64,000 bases of DNA from Camelus dromedarius (Eukaryota), in assembly GCF_036321535.1 (NCBI RefSeq), contig NC_087455.1, positions 1,984,001 through 2,048,000 on the forward strand, given 5' to 3'. Made by a program: the position numbers and the translations under genes. The notes under the pieces are model-generated. The model did not search any database, was not told the origin of the DNA, and saw nothing but the letters and a program-made list of their open reading frames with translations. The first letter of the stretch is position 1. Each line of letters begins with the position of its first letter. Positions 57,251-64,000 of the stretch are shown here, piece after piece.

Positions 57251-59869
57251 GTCGTGGGCATCCCTGTGTGGGGCTGATCAGAGAAGGCATATGAACGCTT
57301 TTTCTCAATTCATCACTTCCAGGTCTGCCCTGAGCCAGCCCCTCCCTCAGTGGCCAGGGAGGCAGAGGAGGCCTTGAAGAGAGGCCACTGCTTCTGCACT
57401 CCCCCCTCCCCCTGGAGCCCAGTCTAGAAAGCAATCAGTCTTACACCTATCATAAGTTAATAATAAATGAATTTCCTTGATCGTTTTGCTGACGCTGAGA
57501 TCTAACACGTGCTGTCTGTGACAATAATATATTGCAACAACAGATAATACCCTGAGTGACAGCTCAGCAGAAAAGGTGCACCAGGGGAGTCACATGCCCC
57601 ATGGGCACCTCGGCTGACCAGGAGGGCCCATCTCAGCACTGCTGGCCGGGACAGGAGCACTGGTTCCAGGAGGATGCATGGAACTCGGGGTGTGGTGGGA
57701 GAGGGGCTAGGCAATCGGACCCCAGGGCTCTGGTCCAGCCCCGCATTTGAATGACCATGATCCTGGGCACACCCTGCCCTGGAGAGCTGGAGCTGCCCTT
57801 TCTGTAAAACACGGGGTTTAAGACAATCGAAAATGAGCCAAGGCTGAAGCGGTCGTTTACAGCAGGAAGTCCCTGGGTGGCCGATGAAGACGTGAAAGCT
57901 TGACCACGTGCATCAGTCCCTGAGGAGCACAGCTTAGATCAACCATGTTCACCCATCAGAATGGCGGCATCAGGAGGAATTGTGGCCGTGGGCCTGGGGG
58001 GTGGAGGGGACAGGACTCTTGTGCTGGTGCTGGGCCTCCATGGAGGCTGGGCTCACCATCCAGCTCCTGGGACACAAATCTCACAGGAGTCCATGCAGGG
58101 TGGAGGGCCTGGAGGAGGAGGCACTTCAAATGGCCCAGAGTTTGTATCAACAACCACCCTCAAAGCACCAGCAGCAAGCAGTGACAGGGACCACGGGAGG
58201 CCAGCCGAGGCGGCGGGACTGGGCAGACCCAGACCGACAGGTTCTTGTGTCTGGGGACCGCTGGGGCTTGGCCTGGGCTGGGTGACTGGGACCCGTGGGC
58301 CAAGTGTCCCTCATTCTCCACCGGTGTCAGCTGCTGCCAGGGCCTGTGCTCCTCATTCTGGTGGGCAGGGTGAGAGTGAGCCCCTCCGCACAGGCTCAGG
58401 TCCAGCCTCTGTAACAACCCGCGGCTCACAGCCAGCCGCAGCCAGAGTCAGGGAGCGAGGGGCTCTGGGTCCGGTGGTGAAACAGCCAGGGCATTTCCCA
58501 GTCTACCCAAGAGGAGGCGCCCCCGAGGCCCCTTGCTGGACAGTGCGGGCGGAGGAAACTGCAGCAGCGCTGAGCTGCGAGCAACGTGTCCACCCACAAC
58601 ACGGGCAGCTTCCTTTTTCTGGAAAAACCAAGAAAAAGGTAGATTTATAAGGGAAGCCACCCGACCCGTAGGCCGTATTTGACGAGGGCCCTGCACCCTC
58701 AAGGTCCAAGGAGGCCTTAGAGGAGGTGCCACTGAGAAGAGGACGAGGGGGCCACAGGGGCACAGCTGAGAGACAGACAGGTAAGTCCAGCCCCACACAA
58801 AGTGGAAGGATGGTGTCTGTGGCCCCCAAAGTCCCTCAGGCCCCCTAGCCCGGACAGTCCAGGAACCCAGGCTGGATGACTCCTCTCACAGCAGTGTGAG
58901 CCACGGGTGGACCCAGCTTCTGGCTGCACCCCCACCATGCGGGTCTCCAAGACCAGCACCATGAAAGGTCGGGGTGCAGCAGAGCCTGGGGCCATCCCAG
59001 ATCTCCTGGCCCTGCCTGCATAGGCACAGGTGGGTGCGGGCATTTGAAGAGGGGGAAGGCCCTGGCCCTTCCAGGAGAGAAGCTGGAAGCACCAAGGACA
59101 GCGACCCCTCACCCCGCCAGTGTTCAAGGACCCAGCCCGCTCTCCACCCCAACGGGGAAGCAGCTTGCCTGGGCCCAGGTGGGATTCAAAGCCAAGACTC
59201 TGCCTCTGGGCCCAGCCCCTGCCTCACACGGAGAGGGAGGAAGGGAGGGGAAGAGTGCTCCACGGGGCAAGGCGTCCCACCCATGGTGCCATGCCGCCCA
59301 GGGTAGCCCCGAAACCAGGTAAATTAGGAGAGCACACTGGCTGAAGGAGCAGCTCCCAGGACCCCAGGGGATCAGGGTCAGTTTTGTGTTTATAAGGGAG
59401 CTGGGGAGGCCGGTCTTTGCGCTGCCAACTTCAACAGCTGAGGGGGATTGTCCCGCAGCCAAGCCCCAGGCACACTCAACCGTGTCCCGGGCTGGGCATC
59501 CCCCACTCTCCTCCGCCACAGCCCTTATGTGGCTTCCGTGGCCTTCAGGACAAGATCCAAGGCCTGGGTGACACCTCAGGGCCCGCTGTGTGTGCCACCT
59601 GGGCCTACATGTTGCCAGGCGGGAGGGCTTAAATCTCACCCAGGGGTCCAGCCTCTGCCACCAGCTCCCCCTGCCCCCGGAGCCCTCTGTCTCCAGGAAG
59701 TGTCCCCCACCCCCCTGCTCCTACCTAGCTCCTATGCCAGGCCCCAGGCAAGTGTCACCTCTTCCAGGAGGCCCCCCAGGCTGTCTAGACGTCTGGCCTC
59801 CTGGGGACACCTGGTGCTGACCTGTCACAGCAGAGGTGGTCCTCACCGGGCCTCCATCACCCTCCCCAT

Positions 59870-60660
59870 TTCCATTTCACTCCGTCCTCTTCCAGAGACA
59901 ACCACTGGCCAGAAGGGGAGGTTTATCGTTCGCTAGCATTGTCTATTTTTACTGCATTTTTATGTTCCCATAAACCATATATAGCGTTCCTTTGTAGGGC
60001 TTTAAACTTTACATAAACAGTGTGTGACACCGTGCACCACACCGCAGCTGGACGTCCTCACTCAGCGTGCTTTTTTGAGAGTTATCTGCATGGATGACAG
60101 CGGCTCTAGTTCACATTGTTGGCTGTCCTACAGCAGGGCCTTTACTGACTACGTACAGTCTGTGGACCAGCCCCCTGTGGACGGACAGGCAGGCTGGCTG
60201 CAGCATCACTGCAGGGTGCTGCAGGGCTCTGCAGGGAGCGCTCCTGTACACCTCTCTGTGCCTGTCATGAGGAATATTCTAGAAGCAGCATTGCTGGGTG
60301 CAGACCAAGAGCACCGTCACTGACATACTTGTTCCCCAGCGTGGCAGTGCCAGGAACCTCCCCCGGGCCGCAGGTCAGAGACCGCTTGTCCCACATCCTC
60401 AAGCTACTTGCTGCCACTGACTCCTAGTTTTTGTCGACCTGCTGGGTGGAAATGATGCCTTTGAATTAGTTGCCATTTCCCCTGAGTAACAGCAAGACTG
60501 AACTTACTTTTATATATTTATTTGCCATTTTGTTTCCTCTTCGGTGAACTGGCTAGTCAAACTCTTTACCGTTTTCCTACAAGGTTTTTCTGTCTTTTTC
60601 TTATCGACATGCAGTTGTTCTTTGTGTTCTAGACGCTAATATTCTGTCGATTATGCACAT
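59870..60660 (-). mobile_element. L1ME-like 3'UTR / ORF2 end
   Basis: cagagacaaccact..ctttaaactttacataaa..ttgagagttatctgcatg..tgccatttcccctgagtaac..tttatatatttatttgccattt. Confidence 0.8.
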
Positions 60661-63420
60661 TGAAACCACCACCTCCCGTCAGTGAGCAGGGTAGGGAGGT
60701 CTCAGCATTCCTTCATGTCTGGCTTCTCCCCCACGGGATGATTACTTTGAGATTTGTCCATGCTGTTGCTTGTGTCAATAGTTCATTCCTGCTAACTGCT
60801 CAGTCATATTCCAGTGAGTGGGTGGAATGCACCACACCTCGTGCACCATCCCTGTGTTGATGGACAGCTGGGCTGCTGTCAGCTTTGGGCTTCCACAAGC
60901 AAAGCTTCTGTGAACACTCACATGCGTGTCTTTCTGAGTCACACAGTGTCTTTTCTCTTAGGGAGACTGGCTGGGTTACATGGTAGGTGTGATGCTTAAC
61001 TTTTAGGAGACACCAAACTGTGGGTCCAAAGCGGCTGTACCCATCTGCATCCTCACCAGCAGCACGAGGGTTCCAGTCCCTCCACGCCCTCGCCAACCCC
61101 TGACGCGGCGCTCCTTTCTCACTGTAGCCGTCCTAGCGGCCGTGCGCGCAGAGCTGACTGAGGGTGCGAGTTACGCCCTCCTAGCGACCGGCGGTCCGGG
61201 GCGTCCTCCCATGCGCATGTGGGCCATCCGTTTATCTTCGTTCAGGTGGCTGTTCGAATCTCTTGCCCATCTTTATTGTGTTGTTTGTGTTCTTAGTGTT
61301 GAGTTCTGAGAGTTCTTCATGTATTCTGGTGGACGGTCCTTTGTCAGGTATAGAAATCATTTCTTCCCGTCTGTGGCTTTTGTTTTCATTCCCTTAACAA
61401 TGTTTTTGAAAGAACAGATGTTTAAAATTTTGATGCACTTCAATTTGGCTTTTTTAATTATGTTGTTCATGTTATGGCTGAGACATCTTCGCCCAATGTA
61501 AGGTTACACAGGTTTTCTTCCCCCTGTGTTTTCCTTTAAACATTGTGTGGCTCCGCTTCATGGTTAGGCCTACAACTCATTTTTGGCTCATTTTTATAAA
61601 CGATACGAAGCATAGACTGGGTTTCCTTTTTCTCTTTGGCATAGGGATGTCTGATTGTTCCAGCGCCATGTGTTACGAAGACCGTGCTTTTCCCGCGAGG
61701 CTGCTTTTGTAACTTTGTGTGAAAACCGCTAGCCCGTGAGTGCACGGGTCTGCTTGCGCTGTCCGTCCTGTCCCGCTGGCCCACGTGCCTAACTGTGTGA
61801 GTGCCACGCTGCCTCAGCGCCCACGGTACCTACGCAAAACATGAAATACTAGTGATCCAGCGTTCTTCTTTTTTGTAAGTAGTTTTGGTTGCTTTTAAAT
61901 CTCTACATTCCCATTTGAATTTTAGAATTGTTTAATCAATTTCTTTAAAAAAAACTGCTTAGATTTTGATTGGGGTTGCATTAAATCTACAGATCGATTC
62001 TGAGAGGAATAAAACCTTAACAATATTGAGTTTTCTGACATATGAACAGGATGTATCTCTATTTAGATCTCTTATTTCATTCAGCAATATTTTACACTTT
62101 CTCAATATAGAGTTGACCCTTGAACAACACAGGTTTGAGCTATGAGGGTCCACTGATATGCAGATTTTTCCCAATAAACACATACTACAGTACTACACAG
62201 TCCACTGTTGGTTGAATCCATGGATGCGGAACCATGGATACAGAGGGCCAACTGTAAAGTTAAGCATGGATTTTTCAACTGGAGGTGGGTCGGCACCCTT
62301 AACCCCCATGTTGCTCAGGGATCAACTGTGTGGTGTTTTGTGTCTTTTATCAGATTCGTTCCTAAGTATTTCATAATTTTGATGCCATTAGAAATGGTAT
62401 CTTGAAATTCAGTTTCCAATTATTTCTTGGCTCATGACATCCCTTCATTCCTGTTTTAGTATCTGTGGGATCTCTAGTAGAGTTACCTTTTAAAACCCAG
62501 GTGTAGTCTGTGCCTTCTCTCATTTTTTTCTAATTAGTCTGATCCGAAGTTTCTAAATTTTATCCATCTTCTCTAAGAACAAGCTTTTGATTTTCTCTTT
62601 TATTTTTATCTTTTATGTTTCGTTGATTTTTTTCAATCTGATGCTTATCGTTTCACTTCTGCTTGCTTTGGGCTCAATTTGTCCTTCTCCTTCTCGTCTC
62701 CTGAGGTGGGAGCTGCAGGCGTCAGCCCAGGTCTTTCCTGTGTCTAGCTCAGGCGCTTACTGTACGCGCTGCCTCCTAAGTACTGCTTCCTCGGCAAACT
62801 GGAAGTTCCGGGGTGGTGTATTTTCATGTTAATTTGGTTCAAAATACTTTCTAATTTCTCTTTTAGTTTTCCCTTTGACCCATGCATACTTTATAAGTGT
62901 CATTTAAGTTTTTAATATTTAGAGATATTTCATCTATCTTTCTGTTATTGATTTTCAGTGTAACTCCTCTGTGGGCAGAGAATATATTTTATATGACTTG
63001 AATCCTTTTAATGTATTGCGAATTGTTTCATGGCCTAGAATATGATCTAGCTTGGTAAGTGTTTCATATGCCCTTGAAAATAAAGTGGATTCTGTTGGTG
63101 GTGGAGGGTTCCATAAATGTTGATTAAATCAAGCTGGTTGCCAGTGCTGTTCAGATCTTCGATATACTTAGCATTTTGCTGTCTACTTGTTCCATCACTC
63201 ACTGAGAGAGGCATATTAAAACTCCCGGCTGTAATTGTAAATTTCCCTATCTCTCTTTAAAGCTTTTATGAATTTTGAAGCTCTACTATCAGGTGCATAA
63301 ACATTTAGGATCACATTCTCTTGATGACCTGGCCCTTTCATCATTATGAAATGACTTTATTTGTTCCTGGTAATATTGCTTTCCCTGAAATCTAGTTCAC
63401 CTCACATTAGTAAAGCCACT
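60661..63420 (-). mobile_element. L1MB-like 3'UTR and ORF2 relic (interrupted by a MITE at 62110-62328)
   Basis: ttgagatttgtccatgctgttgcttgtgtcaatagttcattcc; ttgattggggttgcattaaatctacagatc; gcatattaaaactcccggctgtaattgtaaattt (endonuclease region, reverse). Confidence 0.85.
62110..62328 (+). mobile_element. Tigger2a-type MITE (Tc1/mariner; laurasiatherian Tigger2a_Art/Car-like)
   Basis: TIRs (c/g)agttgacccttgaacaac ... gttgctcagggatcaactg, with flanking TA/TG target; internal ggatgcggaaccatggatacagagggcc. Confidence 0.9.
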
Positions 63421-63424
63421 TCAG

Positions 63425-63785
63425 TTTTTTAAATTAATAGGGCAGTTTTACAGAACAATTGAGCAGGGAGCACAGAGAGCTCCCAGGTACTCCCTCAATT
63501 TCTTATAGCACATTTTCCCCTATTACTAACACTTTGCATCAGTGTGGTACATTTGTTACACTTCACACATGCAATTGATACATTGAATATCAAATATTGA
63601 TACATTGTTATTAACTAAAGACAGTCATTTACATTAGGAGTCTCTCTGGGCTTTGTACATTCTATAGGTTTTGACAAATGTAGAATGCCCTGTATCTACC
63701 ATTACAATCCACCGTTAGAGTGTCACTCAGTTGTTTCACTGCTCCAGAAACCCTCTGTGCTCTGCCTCTTCACCCCTCCTTCTCC
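63425..63785 (-). mobile_element. L1MC1/2-like 3' end nested in the L1MB relic
   Basis: gcagttttacagaacaattgagcag..ttttcccctattactaacactttgcatcagtgtggtacatttgttaca..cattctataggttttgacaaatgta. Confidence 0.85.
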
Positions 63786-63789
63786 CATT

Positions 63790-64000
63790 TGATGTGGTTA
63801 TTCATATGGTTAAGATTAAACCTAGTATTTTTCTATTTGTTTTTTGATTGTCCTTTTTGTTCACCATTCCTTTTTCCTCTGCCTTGTTTTCTTTTAACTG
63901 AATTCTTATGATTCTACTTCACACCCTTTGTTGGCTTACCAGCTATAAGCCTTTGTTTTGTTATTTCAGTGGTTGCTCTAGGATTTCCCATTTATACCTT
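63790..64000 (-). mobile_element. Continuation of the L1 relic (inter-ORF region)
   Basis: cagtggttgctctaggatt is the reverse of aatcctagagcaaccactg. Confidence 0.8.

Noticed and set aside
61060-61245. ADAR hyper-editing of L1 RNA as the cause of the GC-rich tracts
   Set aside because: Editing would give A->G on one strand only. The alignments show A->G and T->C (plus A->C and T->G) on the same strand, and tracts cross element boundaries.
1-64000. Naming a host or neighbouring gene; tRNA, snRNA, Y/7SL RNA, NUMT or ERV internal sequence
   Set aside because: No recognisable coding exon or RNA-gene signature was found by eye. The locus identity needs alignment to an annotated genome.

Overview
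This is GC-rich eutherian mammal DNA, intergenic or deep intronic, and probably from a subtelomeric-type isochore. It is most likely a laurasiatherian, and tentatively a camelid. That guess rests on one young L1 3' end, a Tigger2a-type MITE, and the absence of Alu, B1/B2, Bov-tA, PRE1, ERE, CHR or Can SINEs. I recognise no protein-coding gene, structural RNA gene or CRISPR array; the long six-frame ORFs are explained by high GC or by L1 relics. The window is a mosaic of old repeats (L1ME/L1MD/L1MB/L1MC, HAL1, L2, L3, MIR, MLT1 LTRs, MER53, MER3-like, Tigger2a MITE). It also has a few tandem repeats, one 234-N gap, several candidate enhancer-like AT-rich islands and a CpG/GA/G4-rich promoter-like element at about 51.6-52.1 kb. 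The most striking signal is a set of short (100-400 bp), sharply bounded tracts in which AT-rich L1/MIR relics have been rewritten A/T->G/C. These tracts reach about 65-70% GC with dense CpG, while homologous copies elsewhere in the same window remain about 36-42% GC. This fits strong, localised GC-biased gene conversion (fossil recombination hotspots) creating new CpG-island-like sequence. Repeat family names come from remembered consensus sequences, boundaries are approximate (about +/-20-50 bp), and GC/CpG counts were done by hand.
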